Assembly: GCA_000934665.2 (NCBI GenBank)
Contig: JYFJ02000754.1
Coordinates: forward strand, 1-64,000
DNA: 64,000 bases
Source: Catajapyx aquilonaris
Taxonomy: Eukaryota
Direction of reading: 5' to 3'
Shown: one piece after another, positions 38,101 through 51,494 of the stretch
Position numbering within the stretch: position 1 is the stretch's first letter
How the letters are laid out: every line of letters starts with the position of its first letter
Made by a program: the position numbers and the translations under genes
Notes under the pieces: model-generated
The model's database searches: none
What the model was told of the DNA's origin: nothing
What the model saw: the letters and a program-made list of their open reading frames with translations, nothing else

Positions 38101-41100
38101 TAACGTCCTGCACAGTTATACTCTGTCCTCTTGAATCTGTCCTCTTCATATATATATTATACCTTCGTATGTTTCCTGCAACATAGCGGCACATTCTACG
38201 TCTGCCGCTGCTGCTACTCTACTTCAATGGGTCACCCAATTTCTCTGCACTGAACGACACTGGCCGTTTGCTGGTGAAACTTCAATGACATTATACTTCG
38301 TCATGTCTACACCTAACGCTGCATCTATATACTCTCCATGACTATTTTTCAACTATACTATTCACTACAAATTATTGACTTCCGTCTTCCAGAGGATATG
38401 TCCCACAAGTCGAGGCGCACATTTTTTCTGGGAGGACTGTACTTGTTAATTAACTTTGATTGAACAGTGTGAATTGCGTGTGAGCGATTCGATCAGCGCC
38501 AAACGCTTCCAAAACGCAATTATTACTTTTTCCCCAAACTATATTGGTTTCATGGCTCAATCGCTGACGAAACCAATTTTCCTGATTTGGCTTGAGTACA
38601 CGAATGGCCAAGACTTTTGGGACAATTAACTCCTCTCGCCTTATTATTCTTCTGGACTGCACGTTATCATCGCGAAGCTGCATTGCTGTAACATGTGTTC
38701 TCTTGATCGACGCACAAAGGTCCTGTCCGAAGAGATCGGGGCGAAGCAGGAGATAGCCTCGGAGACAGAGAAGGAGATCGACTATACCCGTAACGGCTAC
38801 CGTCCCGTGGCCGTCCACTCGTCGACTCTGTTCTTCTGCATCTCCCAACTGGCCAACATCGATCCAATGTACCAGTATTCGTTAGCCTGGTTCATCAACC
38901 TTTACCTTCAGGTGCGTTTGATTTACGTTGGGACCGACAACTCCTTTGTTCGTCTTAAATATGTGCCCAGTTCTTTCCGCTTCCTAGGCCATAAGCACGA
39001 GTGAGCCGTCGGACAACCTTATGAAGCGAATAAGAATCCTGAACAACCACTTCACCAGCAGCATCTACCGCAACGTGTGCAGGTCGCTGTTCGAGAAGGA
39101 CAAGCTCCTCTTCTCCTTCCTGCTCTGCATCGAGATCATGCGGGCCCAGGGAAAGATAGACGAGCCCAACTGGGAGTTCTTCCTGACGGGCGGGGTTGGA
39201 CTGGACGTCACTCAGGAGAACCCGGCGTCGGAGTGGCTCACTGACAAGTCCTGGGGGGAGGTGGTTCGGGCCTCGGACCAGCTGTTCGACCTGTCCGGAT
39301 GGAAGACGCACGTCTCGCTGTTCCCGGAGGAGTGGAGGGAAGTTTACGAGCATCCCGAGCCGCAGGTGAGCCACGTTGTTACTGTCACTGTTGCATATTT
39401 TAATGATGGCGAGCAATATTCCAGACGGCCAAATATCCGGACGAATGGGACGACCTGAGGGGTCTGGACCGGCTGGTGATTCTGCGTTGTCTCAGGCCGG
39501 ACAAGGTCGGTGCTGCGGCGACGATACCGCCACAAGTGTTGGTCTTAACTGCTTTGTTTTCAGGTTGTTCCCGCCGTGCAGGACTTCGTGGTGAACAACT
39601 TGGGTCGGCAGTTCCTGGACCCGCCTCCGTTCGACCTGAGCAGCTGCTACTCCGATTCCACCTGCGCCGTACCTTTAATCTTTGTGCTGTCCGCAGGCTC
39701 TGACCCCATGGCCGGTCTGCTCAAGTTCGGACAGGACAAAGGTTTTGTCGGGGAGCAGATCCAGCGGATCTCACTGGGACAGGGGCAGGGTCCCATTGCG
39801 GAGAGGCTTATAGACGCAGCGACCAGAGACGGCACCTGGGTGGTGCTGCAGAACTGCCACCTGGCGGCCAGCTGGATGGGGAAGCTGGAGAAGATCTGCG
39901 AGGAGGACCTCCCGCAGGATTTCACCAACCCGGAGTTCAGGCTGTGGCTGACAAGCTACCCGTCTCCGGACTTTCCCGTGTCCGTGCTGCAGGTGAGTCG
40001 TTCAGCCATTGTTGTAAAAACTCTCTGACGTTCCTTATTGATTGTGCTCTTGCAGAACGGCGTGAAGATGACGAACGAGGCTCCGAAAGGCCTCCGAGCG
40101 AACCTATTCCGCTCGTACACCCGCGATCCTCTGAGCGACCCGACCTTCTTCAAGTCTTGCACCAAGACCTTAGAGTGGCAGCGAATGCTGTTCGGCCTCT
40201 GCTTCTTCCACGCACTGGCGCAAGAGCGGACCAAGTTCGGCCCCATGGGCTGGAACATCCCCTACGAGTTCAACGAGTCCGATCTGTCCATCAGCATCCA
40301 GCAGCTCAAGATGTTCCTGGACGAGTACGAGGAACTTCCCTTGCTGGCCGTCACCTACCTCACCGGGGAGTGCAACTACGGCGGGAGGGTCACGGACGAC
40401 AAGGACAGGCGGTGCCTCATGTCCTTGCTCTCCATCCCCTACTGCCCGGAAATTGTCAACACCGATAAGTGAGTGTTGCTGTCTACTCTCTTCCATTGCC
40501 TTAACAAGAGAGTGAACAGTGCCAACAAAAAGAACATTGTTGCATTAGGAACTCTCCATGGGAACTTTGTGATTGATTTACAATAATAACCTGTGATCGT
40601 TTCGCTCCCAGCTACGCCCTGTCGTCGTCGGGCATCTATCACGTGCCAGGTGATGCGGATTATGAGACGAGCTTGGCGTACATAAAGAGCCTGCCCCTGA
40701 ACCCGACCCCGGAGGTGTTCGGTCTCCACCAGAATGCCAACATCACCAAGGACAACAAGGAGACGCAGGATCTGCTCAACGGCCTCATCACCACCCAGCA
40801 GTCCGGAGGGGCAGGTGCGGACACAGGCGGAGGACCCACGCCCACGCAGGTAGCCGATGAGTTGGCCGGGGACATCCTGAAGAAGCTGCCGCCTAATTTC
40901 GACCTGGACCTGATAAGCGAGAGGTTCCCCGTGTTGTACGAGGAGTCGATGAACACGGTGCTGAGGCAAGAGCTCATCAGGTTCAACCGCCTGCTGCAGG
41001 TGGTGCGCAAGTCGCTGGTGGACGTCCGCAAGGCCCTGCAGGGACTGGTGGTGATGTCTGGCCCGCTTGAGGAGGTGTTTCGAGCCCTCCTGGTCGGCAG

Positions 41101-42392
41101 GGTCCCAGACGCCTGGTCGTCAAAGTCCTACCTCTCCCGCAAGCCCCTCGGAGGATACGTGGCCGACCTTCTGGTCAGGCTCACCTTCCTGCAGGACTGG
41201 ATAAATGCAGGCCACGCTCCAGCCGTGTTCTGGCTCAGCGGCTTCTACTTCACCCAGAGCTTCCTCACGGGTGTGACTCAGAATTTCGCCCGGAAGCACA
41301 AGATTCCCATCGACATCCTGGGGTTCCAGTTTGAGGTGACCGAGTACGAATCGACGATGCATCGCGAGGAGGTTCCGCCAGACTCGACTCCTGTGAAGGT
41401 TGGTTATTATTGCTTATTGTGCACTTGCTACTCTTGCAACCGCAGCGTTTACATGCGAGCGATTCGACGGATCCAATTGTTTGGGGGGTGAAAATAGTTA
41501 AAAATCGCATTTCGCTCTCAACAGTGTTGTTTTCAAAGCTCTGCGAAGATCATTGCTGCAGATCGTTGATCAAAGAGCTCACATGTATACGTGGCTTTTA
41601 AAAAGTGTTAAAGATGGCCTCTATTTATTACATGTGAATACCTGAAACATGGCGATAATAAGTCATATTTTGTTATGAGTTGACTGTAAACTGGAAGCCA
41701 TTAAAAGAGCATCACTTTTTAAATGCTCTTGATGCTTTGTAGCAACAAAAAAGCATCACGAGAGCATCAAAAAGTGATGCTCTCTAATGGTTTGCGGTTT
41801 ACAGGTAAAGTACAATCTACTACAGATTAATTATCGTAGAAAAATTGCCCCAATTTGGGATAAAGCATGCTTCAAACCCTTCCGATATGTCTTCACGTAG
41901 CATGATATTCATTAGTGCACTTAATTATGGCTTTTGGTGTCGAAATGACCATGTTATTTGTTTTATAATTACAAGCCGCAGGAAGATTCAGTGTACATTG
42001 AAGTGAGTAGTATCGTGCAGTGATTAACACTTTAATGGTAGAGCTTATGCTGCAATGTATGTCACATGTCTAATGTCTGTTCACTCAAATCCCAGGGCTT
42101 GTTCCTGGAGGGAGCACGCTGGAGTAGGGAGGCGACTGTTCTGGCCGAGTCCTATCCAAAAATCCTCTTTGATCCTGTGCCGATAATGCTCCTGCGGCCT
42201 GGAATCAAGGCGAATTTCTTCCCTGCTCCCTCGTACAACTGCCCGGTGTACAAGACCAGCGCCAGGAGGGGGATCCTCTCGACCACCGGCCACTCGACCA
42301 ACTTTGTGCTCTGGATCCTCTTGCAGTCGGACAAGCCAGAGAGGCACTGGGTCAACCGGGGTGTGGCCTGCCTCTGCCAGCTGGACGACTGA
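23159..42392 (+). CDS. DNAH3: Axonemal inner-arm dynein heavy chain, DNAH3-like, ~42 exons
   Basis: Four P-loops are present: [32 protein letters not shown]. Other motifs include [25 protein letters not shown], the stalk [20 protein letters not shown] and the C-terminus [15 protein letters not shown]. The junctions I checked are GT-AG and in frame. DNAH3 versus DNAH7/12 is judged from recalled motifs, and the start ATG is tentative. Confidence 0.93.
27849..27974. mobile_element. PIF/Harbinger-type MITE in a dynein intron
   Basis: TIRs ggccgtgtttacatg / catgtgaacgcggcc with TTA on both sides. Related decayed copies lie at ~29195-29255, 32630-32950, 35743-35810 and 41440-41597. Confidence 0.75.
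41684..41804. repeat. ~120-bp foldback (hairpin) element in a dynein intron
   Basis: ctgtaaactggaagccattaaaagagcatcacttttt pairs with aaaaagtgatgctctctaatggtttgcggtttacag, and there is an inner tgatgcttt/aaagcatca pair. Confidence 0.8.
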
Positions 42393-42479
42393 GCCTTTTT
42401 GTCCAAGCTCAACACTTTGCGGTAATTGTGTCAATGTCAGGTGGAAATACCAATTAAATTGCAACCGTGTGTATGCCTG

Positions 42480-43089
42480 GTCTGAGTCACTGGGGAAATG
42501 TTGAGCAGTGGATCGCACTTAAGCGAACTTTAGATGGTTCTGTAATAGCTGTGTTCTTATCCTCTTTGGTTCTGCACTGGGTTCTTGCAAAGTTCAATCT
42601 GTATGTGAAATGTACGGTTGAAGACCACTGCGGGTTTGATCAATTCTCCTTCTTCTGGAATGTTCATGTCGATTCGGATCTTCCTTCAACGGATATGTTT
42701 GAATGTTTCGTACTACTTCTGCTGCAAGGTGGAGTAAGTAACCTTGCCGAGACCTTGGCGGAGATGATGTGTTGCAGTATGGGATCATTGACTAATTCGC
42801 AATCTGGCCCTCTTTTCGTTTCTGTCTTCATCCGTCCCATCTGCGTCTCATATCCCAGATAGTCTCAGTTGCTCTATTGGCTCCTTCCTATAAATCAAGC
42901 AAACATAATGAGAAACAGAATTTTGGTTTGACCTTGGCCTGACTTACTCTTGATGGCCTCCTTGAGCAGCACCGACCCTGTCTGGTAGCAGGACATAGCA
43001 TCCGTGAACCTTTTCTCTTCGTCCATCTGCAGTCCCCGATTCAACAGACGTGCGAACGCTTCTGACTTCAATGTGGCAGCTACCTCCAT
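42480..43089 (-). pseudogene. MITD1: MIT domain-containing protein 1-like pseudogene
   Basis: Exon 1 is MIT-like (MEVAATLKSEAFARLLNRGLQMDEEKRFTDAMSCYQTGSVLLKEAIK) and is followed by gtaagt. Downstream remnants LVNDPILQH, ARLLT and QWSSTVH are collinear with MITD1 C-domain motifs (IEDPYIRH, IHLLT, QYSSSIH) but contain stops. Confidence 0.62.
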
Positions 43090-43584
43090 CTTCGTCTCTC
43101 TTTGTTCAGGCCTGCGCCCTGCTGCCTGCCCTGCCCACATGCCTTGCCCTCTGCGGTCTGCGACTGAGCGACTCTTTTTTTTCTCTCTATTGGCTCCTTC
43201 CTATAAATCAAACGAACAGAATGAGGAAGCCTACCCCAGTTTGGCTGATGTATAAAGAGAGTGTTGCTAACGTACTTGGCAGCAATGAACAGTGGTTTCC
43301 ATGGAAGTGTGTACATAACATGAGATTGTATGAATTCAGCAATAATCGGTCCTGTGAAATGGGCAAAAGGTTGATTGCTGTTGTGCATAATTACTTCTGT
43401 ATGCTTCGTCATTGTTTACTTGTGTATTCGCATAGTTAAGGTAATATTTTATGAAAGTAACCTATTGACAGCATTGCGTATTGCCAGTTTGCTTGCTGAT
43501 ATTTGTGATATTTGCCCAAACATTCTTACTTTACATAAGTGCAATTAAATGTCAGTAGACGAGATGTGTGCGTACATCTGGAAA

Positions 43585-44300
43585 TACCAGGGAGGGTCAA
43601 AAAGTCAAAAAGTTATCTACCTAGCAGCACCAAAATGACGTCCCCGAAGTTTTTTTTTAGATGACGAAGTCACTCTGGGCCAGGTCCAGACTGTAGGGTG
43701 GATAATTCATCACTTGGAAGCCACAGTCTCTGATGGCATCTTGAACAACACTGCAGGTGTGCACTGGGGAATTGTCGTGGATCAGACACACACTTCTCTT
43801 CCCACGTAGTTTTGAAGCAATGGCTTCTCAGTCACTTTAGTAGGTCAGTGTAGATACTGTCAGTGATTGTTATTGTCTTGTGGGGCATGTTGTTTACCAA
43901 TAAAACCCATTCAGAATCCCAAAATATGTGGCCATAATCTTGCCCCACGAAGGTTGCGTATGGCACTTCTTGAGTGGTAAGGAATTCGCATGCTTCCATT
44001 GCATGGACTCCATTATGTGTTTCAGGATCCCCGGTTTTGTCTCTGGTCACTATCTGGGGCAAAAATATGTAAATATCTGCTTCATGCACATGTCCAAGTT
44101 CATGACAGAGTGTATTCACAGTGCTTCAATTACTTGATATCCATCCTTGCCCACGTCTGCCTAGCTTCGCAACGCCCCTGCTCATTCATTTCTGAGGCGA
44201 TCGAAGTCAAATAACTTGCGCACTTGTACAAGAAGGGTTGAAAATACCTCTACTTTAAAAATTATGCCGCTAAGCCATGTCCTTCATGACCCTCCTTGTA
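43585..44300 (-). mobile_element. Degenerate mariner (SETMAR/Mos1-like) element
   Basis: Remnants IVTRDKT, IFWDSEWVLLV and YSLDLAQSDF (YSPDLAPSD-like). The TIR remnants are ta-ccagggagggtcaa and tgaccctccttg-ta. Confidence 0.8.
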
Positions 44301-47300
44301 TCTGTCGGGTATCCCCAAAGTAAAACTAAAAAAAGTAAACCTGTAATATTAGTGTAAGTGAATAATGGTTCTGATCACATTATTGCTAATTGTTTCTGGA
44401 TTGTTGATCAGCTCCACTCGTGCTTTCAACCTTTGCCCAAAATTGAGGAGAAAAAGGATGGGATTTCCCTATGTAGGGATTGGAGTGTACTCAAGGTAAC
44501 CCCAAAAATATCTGGTGAGAAAAGTGAAAAGTAATTTTCTTCATAAAGTACACTATAAGATCGTAAGAGCATGTGTGGTACACATTGTTGACGAATTGCA
44601 CGTGTGAATTATTTTGGGACTAACTCCTCCAAAATATCAGTCACGGATGACCTCCTCTGCCCTTTCTTGACCTTCACTCTGAGGTGGGTTTGAAGCCTTC
44701 CCTATACCCGATGGTTTATTGCCCATTCCAAAAATGAAAAAAAAGAACCCGAAATCTTCCCCTGGGTCCAAAAAAAGGAAGGGTCAAACATCCGGCAGGT
44801 GACGGTTGTCATTGTTGATGCGATTCACTCCAAACGCATTTAACCGACGTTGTCGCAAGTAATGCATAATTAATAAATAATAAGCAATAGTGTTGACTGT
44901 TGAAGACAATAACCTGGGTGTTGGCATCTGTATATAAATGACCTTCTGCCCTGCTTCGTCTTGAGACTTCCGAGGATAAGCTGCGATAGAGAAGAGACCA
45001 TCATCATCAGTCTGGCGACTTGGCGCCTTTCGTGTCCCTTCATTGTTGGTGAGTATTATTGTTGGGGATCGGTTGTGGGGAGGGAATGCGCGTGATTGGG
45101 GCTCACTCGGTGTGGTTCACGCAATATTATAGGGACCTCATCGCGCAACTTATGAGAAATGTCAGGTCAAAACAATAGACGGCATTTTCATTAACAGGTG
45201 TACCTTTGTTGAAACTGTTTACTCTCATTGTTGCGTAGTGTGGACATCTCCATTGTAATTTGCAGAGTAATTTGTACGTTGTGTGTATCCGCAACATTAC
45301 TGTCTGTCTTGTGGCGGCGTAGATGTTGCGTGAGGTATGGCTCTGGCAAAGCCACAATAACGTTCGTTGGCCTGCGGCGCCACAAGACGGACAGTAAATG
45401 TTGCGGTCACTCCAATGCCTCACAGACAACACCAACATCATCGCATTGCAGATTGTAAAGTGTCCACTTATTTTTCCGATTATTTTGTGCTGATGTGTAT
45501 CTGCAATTAGCGGTACTTGTCGGTACATAGGCATGGAAATCGCCGATCTACGAATAGATCATAGATACTTGGTGACAGTAGAAACTGGCACAGCTTGGTG
45601 CAGGTCAGTTTGGCCTTTTCCGATCCGCCCAGCAGATAAGCCCTGGTGCTAAATGAGGCATTTCCGTAGGGGAACTTTTGCTGACAAGTTTACTACACCC
45701 TGCCTGCTTTGGTCCAATGCCCTCAAGGCCCAAAATTGAGGGGCGGGAAAAGGGGGTTTTTCCCGAAGGATTGGAGCCGTCGAGGTCACCCCCCCAAAAA
45801 ATATATATTGGGAGAAAGAGAAAAGTGAAAGGTGCAGGCGCACAGACAAAATAAAGGGTCCACTCGACACATCCGGTAGGTGAAGTCATTGTTGGCTGCG
45901 ATTCAATCCAAACTCTTTTAGGTGACGTCGCAATTAATGCAAACACCGTTGCATTAATTAATATTAATTAATTCAGCAATAGTGTGCCATGCAGTCTAGG
46001 TGTTATTGGCAGGGCCACAATAAGGCAGACAGAATAACTTTACTGTTGCAGTCACTTCAATGCCTTACAGATAACACCAACACATTGCAGATGGTACTAG
46101 CGCATTATTGTGCTTGTTTTGAACAGGGTCCATTGTTGGGCCCACCCGGGCCCTCCTTTGGACCTCACCATGAGCCCTGCTTCCTTCCCATAGGCAGACA
46201 GGCATCCACTCCTGTCTGTCGGCTGCCTTTGAGGGGTTAGGAAATGGGCAAATGGCATGTAGATGGTAACAGCCCACTATTTCTGGGGGGGAGCAGAGGG
46301 CGCCCCATCCCACCTTCCAAGACCCACGATTGGCCACCTTCTTTTTGCCTTGCGGCTTGCTCTGACTTGTCAGGCTTGTCTTCACAGTTCACACGAGTTC
46401 GTTCAGTACTTCAGTTCGGCACTTCGGTGACTTTGGGTCGGTTCAGTGGGGAATTTGTGATCAAGTGACTGAGCAAGACGTGTCCTGCTCCGACCGCTTT
46501 TCTTGGGCCATTGTTGGTGAGTGTTAAATCATTGGGTTTGCGGTTCGCATTGTTGCAAACCTGTGGTCATTGCATACCAGATGGTGACGACACAATCATT
46601 GCACCCAGTGTGTTGCATGTCCAAAGGGTGCTAAAGAAGTGCTGATGCGAGAGATGAGGCGCGGGGGTGACAAGTAGGGGCTGGCTGTTGGAATTGTGGA
46701 GTAATGCATAAACTCATAGGCCTCCCGATTTAATGATGAATCACTTGTTGTGGATTGATTGGGAAGCGCATGGCCATCTTGGCTTCTGCAGTGGGGATGT
46801 CCCATGTGGCACCAATGGGAGGCCAGTCAGGTGTGGCTCAGGTGGTCACACCTTCTGAGGGAGCCTGGGGAGGAGGCACCTGATGCTTTTCCCTCCCCCT
46901 GCATGTGGTGTGCCAGGGCGGGAACCCCGAAAGTCATAACAATGTGTGGAAAAGGATGGGTTGGTGCACAGCTGCAATGGGAAAATGAGAAGGTGTTTAA
47001 GTGGAAGCCCCTGTAATGTGGAAGAATGGGTGGAAATTGTGCCTTCCGCCCATATTAGTGGAAGAAAATGCTTTTATATATTCCCACTTTCTGATTAAAA
47101 TTTTTTTTTCTGTCATTTTAGCTCCACAATGCCCAGGGAGAAATGGAGGAGACCTGAGCGCTACTGCCCTTACGTAAGTACACCCTACTTTGCATTGACA
47201 TTGTACGATCCAGCTGTGTGTGTGTGAGAGCCCTGGAAAAACCCACACAAACATGGAGAGAACTAATTGAAACTTTTTTTTTTTTGCGGAGTGACTATTT

Positions 47301-50300
47301 TCTTCTCAAATACCTGTTTTATATGTCACATTTCTTTGCTTTTGAATTTTCTTGCATGTAGAATGTGAACTCGCTTCAAGTTAAATGTTAACCTGTAACA
47401 CAATTTCTTATTGAAGGAGACATCCTCCTCCTCCTCCTCCTCCTGCTCCTCCTCTTCCCCATCCTCACCACCACCACCTGCTGCACCACAAGCATCACCA
47501 CCTGCAGCACCGCTACTGCCATGTGTAAGTTTTCTGAAACTCGGAACACTTCTTAGACAAAGTGACCTTCATCCTACAGTTGGAAGTATTAGAATTATGG
47601 TGCGAAATGAGTCATTGAAGGAATAAGTAGAATATTAAGAGCCTCATAGTTGTGATACAGTCTCCCTTTTTGGCTGTTCACTCAAGTATTAAGCACATTT
47701 CATATTGCTTGCCTTTATTTGATTTGAACACCTTCAGCTTATATGCAGGGGGTTCTGCCATTTGAAATTATTTTAGTGACTTGATGTTTAGTGGAGGGGG
47801 GTAATATTGCTTTGTTTGTGAGTGTCACAAATAAGACAGGGATCCAATCAGAGAAGCCTGTTTTATTATATTTTTATATCATGATAACAATGAAATTATT
47901 TTTCCAGCCGGCATACCAGCGTCCGGACGAGCCGAGGGTGTCCCATCCCCTGGTAAGAGCAGTAGGAGTTGTGAATTATAGTGTGCATGCTTTCCATAAC
48001 AAGGTTGTCACTCCCTAGATTTATTGCTGGTATCCTTTGGAAGAAGAGATGGTCCAGAAAGAGTGAATTGTTGGATCGTTTAATAAAGTAGCGGCCGTAA
48101 GTTGGAGCAGCCTCTGTACTAGAATCATTGCATTCGATAAATTTCACATAGTTCTCATGTAGGATCTGCCATTTTAACTAATGAATGGGACAAAGACATG
48201 CTGCATTGTTTTATGCAAACTTAAAACCACATTTGCATGTGAGCAATTTCATGCCGCAGTGGCCTGATGTGAAGTCCAGAGAGGGGACATGCTGCTTGCC
48301 ATTTGTTTACATTTTATATGCAGATTTACAAGGATGTGTCTGTCGAGTGTGTTTGTATTTTCATTATCATCAAACTCATCATAGCCTTTGCGTGTACCTG
48401 ACCAGTCACCATAGGTTTGTCATGTCCGGTCAAAAGAGATGTCATTGCTTTATCGCTAGTTACCCCATGCTTGGGACAATGTCGTTAAGAAATTAATGAT
48501 TATTTTAATTAATGAAAAATAAAAGAACAATCGATATGACCAAAACTTGCCAGATGGATAAAAAGTAGTAGATGTATACTTTTCATGGCCGTAATAATTG
48601 TTCTGTCATTAACAATATTTTTTCTCTCTCATCTGTACAGCTATTCGGAGGTAACCGGTGGAAGCAGATCGCCATTTATTTGGGGACAGACTACGTAAGT
48701 GATGACTTCCCTCCCTCTAATATCTAACCCCTGGCGGAGGATTTGTAGGCGGTTCAAACCAGGGTTGAACAGTGGGCGTAATTAACCATTTCCATACCTG
48801 GAGATGGAGAGAAGCTAGCCAGTGTTTCCTCTCTCCCTTTTTTCTCTTTATTTTTGTCTCCATCTGTCCATCTTTGTATCTCCTGATAGCCACAGTTGAT
48901 TAGTTGCTTGGAACACACACTTTATTGTGTGTTATGAGAGAGGGTGTCAAAAGAGGTTGAAAACCTGTGTTATATAATGAAGTTTGAGAATGACCCTTTT
49001 GCTTCATTAAAGTACTTGGAGGGTTGTCCAGAGGAATGCCCCAGGCCGATGGCCCATGCCTTCCTGGTCATGGGCGGGGCACGACCAGCGCCACCACCAG
49101 CACCACCACTAGCATTGCTCCAAACCCCCCAGCAGGGAGTGAAGAGGAGCAGTGTTGGTTGTGAGGAGCCTTCGTCTGGGCCGGTGAGTCAGGTGTCATT
49201 TATTAAATATTGGAAACCAGGACATTGGGGACACAATTTTTAAACTCAATATTTTTATTGAAGGTGGCAGCAGCAGGACGGGCTCCATCACCACCACCTC
49301 CACCGGCACCCCCACCACCAGCAGAAGGAGCAGCATAACCACCATGCCTGGTAAGTATTCACAAACTCAAAGTTCATATGACAAACTGACTTTCATCCTA
49401 CTCTACAAAACGATCACATCATGATGCAAAATGAGTTTCTCTGAACGTAAGGGGAATATGTAAAACCTCAGGTTTGAAAAATATTTGTTCATGAAACATT
49501 TAGTCAACCTTCCCTTTTGGCTGCTCACTCAGATACACTTTTTGACTGAATTTTGTAGATTTTAAAGATCTGTTCTGCTCATGCAGGATGTTTCATTTGA
49601 AGTGATCTCAAATGTAAGCAACTTTTTGGAACCAAGCTGCTTGTTTTTTAAACAGGTACTTTGAAACAGTTACTTTTAGGCGGCATAAGAAAATGTTACC
49701 TGCTAGACAACAGATTGGCAGGTTTATCAGCCTTTTTGTATGGCAAGAAATATGAAAATCCATTAATGACTGACCTAAAGTGGAAAGTGGCACCACAGAT
49801 TTTGAGGGAAAACCTCGTAACTCGCAATTTGGCCGAAATAGTTAACTCGTGCAGTTGTGCCCCGGAAAATTGTCCGGACCAATGAAATTGGGTGATTAGG
49901 TCCCGTTGCAAAACCACTTCTCCGATAGCCCACCGAGATCGGAGGCAAGACCTCGTGTTTCTTTCACCAGCCACAATGGTGCCCGTTCCTGTTGGTGAAC
50001 ATGTAGGCTTAAGTAAGGCAGTTACCACACCTACACTTATCCCCATGAAGTACTGCACCTCTTCATGACGACAGGATTAAGTATTGTCTAACAATAATGA
50101 TGCAATCAACTCACAAAGAAAAGTTAATATATAGGAGGTTTTGCAAGCCACTCATTTATCGTGTAAGCAGAAATTGTGCGAGGTTTTGCACAAACATGTT
50201 TTTCCTTGTCCTGTAAAATGACATTATCGTGAGGTACGAGGTTTTGCATTGCCGACGACAATATTCTACAATAGTGGAACTATCTTCTGAGATATGTACT

Positions 50301-50744
50301 AACTCATATTTTGACAAAAAGTGGACCTTGATCGTCCTTCCCCCAAGGTTGGCATTTAATGTCTCATCTTATTTTGTTAGCAGAGCAAATTTGACTCTGA
50401 ATTAGGCTGGGCCATATATTTTTGATGATCTCTGGATGCAGCAAATTTTTCAGCATTGATATTTTTAATGAACCTATTGCATGTAATTTTGTAGAAAGCT
50501 TTATTGTGACTAGCAGAGTGAACAGTTTTACACCAATTTCTAATACAACATTGTTTTCAGTTCACTCCATGCCATCACCACTGACCATGACCAGCTGGGG
50601 ACAAGAAATTGACTGCTACCTACTCCTGTCGTGAACCAAGGTCATGCTGGGTAGGACCACACTCACGAGGCAGCCGCTGTAGGTTGGGCTACATGTTGCG
50701 ATGGACATTCACCCCAATTTTGTGCAGGTGAGAATTGGTTTTAA

Positions 50745-51254
50745 CCCTTTCATTCCTGAATTTTTTGGGCCGTTTCTTCTCTTTTTGAAAAAAATTTGTA
50801 GTAGGAGTGATATAATGAAAAACAATGTTCTTCAATATTTATCATTTTTACTCGTGGTGGTCCTTTGGAATGTAAAAATGCCGAAAACATTCCCCTACTG
50901 GGTGTTCCAGAAAAAAAATTTAAAGGCAATTAACTTTAAATGCAATTAAATTAATTTAAATTTTTAAAATCACTATAAAATTGTTACGATGGTTGCAAAA
51001 TAATACTAAAACACTGCACTATGAGAAATTCCTAAGAGTCCAGACTTATGGGACACCCTGTAATTACGCGGCCGGGTGGGGGGTTGTTTACCTTTCAAGG
51101 GCGCGAGCAAAATATAACAATCCGACTTTGTGGGTGCTGAGTCACCATCCACTAGATGCCACAAGAAGTTTGACCCACAAAGTTTGCCTTCTGCATGCGA
51201 ACGCTTTGCCGCCAGATTAATTGTTGCCATATGGCTACAGTGGGAATGAAAGGG
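50745..51254. mobile_element. piggyBac-type non-autonomous element (510 bp)
   Basis: TTAA|ccctttcattcc ... ggaatgaaaggg|TTAA: a perfect 12-bp TIR with a TTAA target-site duplication. Confidence 0.85.
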
Positions 51255-51494
51255 TTAACATGTGCGTTTATATTTCAGCTTTGTATTTTTGCCTGGCATG
51301 AAAACCATGGCTTCTGTGAAACCAAATGTCTCTTGATCTCCAGTTATCGAGTTATGCTACAATTATATATTTCTACATTCCTTCCCGACTTAAATTGTTG
51401 CACCAGTACAAGTACATAGGAAGGAGAACTGTCCCATACACTGCCTTTAACTTGTGATGAACATCAAAAGGTCAAAGCCACTCCAATGTGTGAA

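Noticed and set aside
24092..41510. Many long antisense and alternate-frame ORFs overlapping dynein exons
   Set aside because: These are expected shadows of strong GC3 codon bias and show no recognisable domains.
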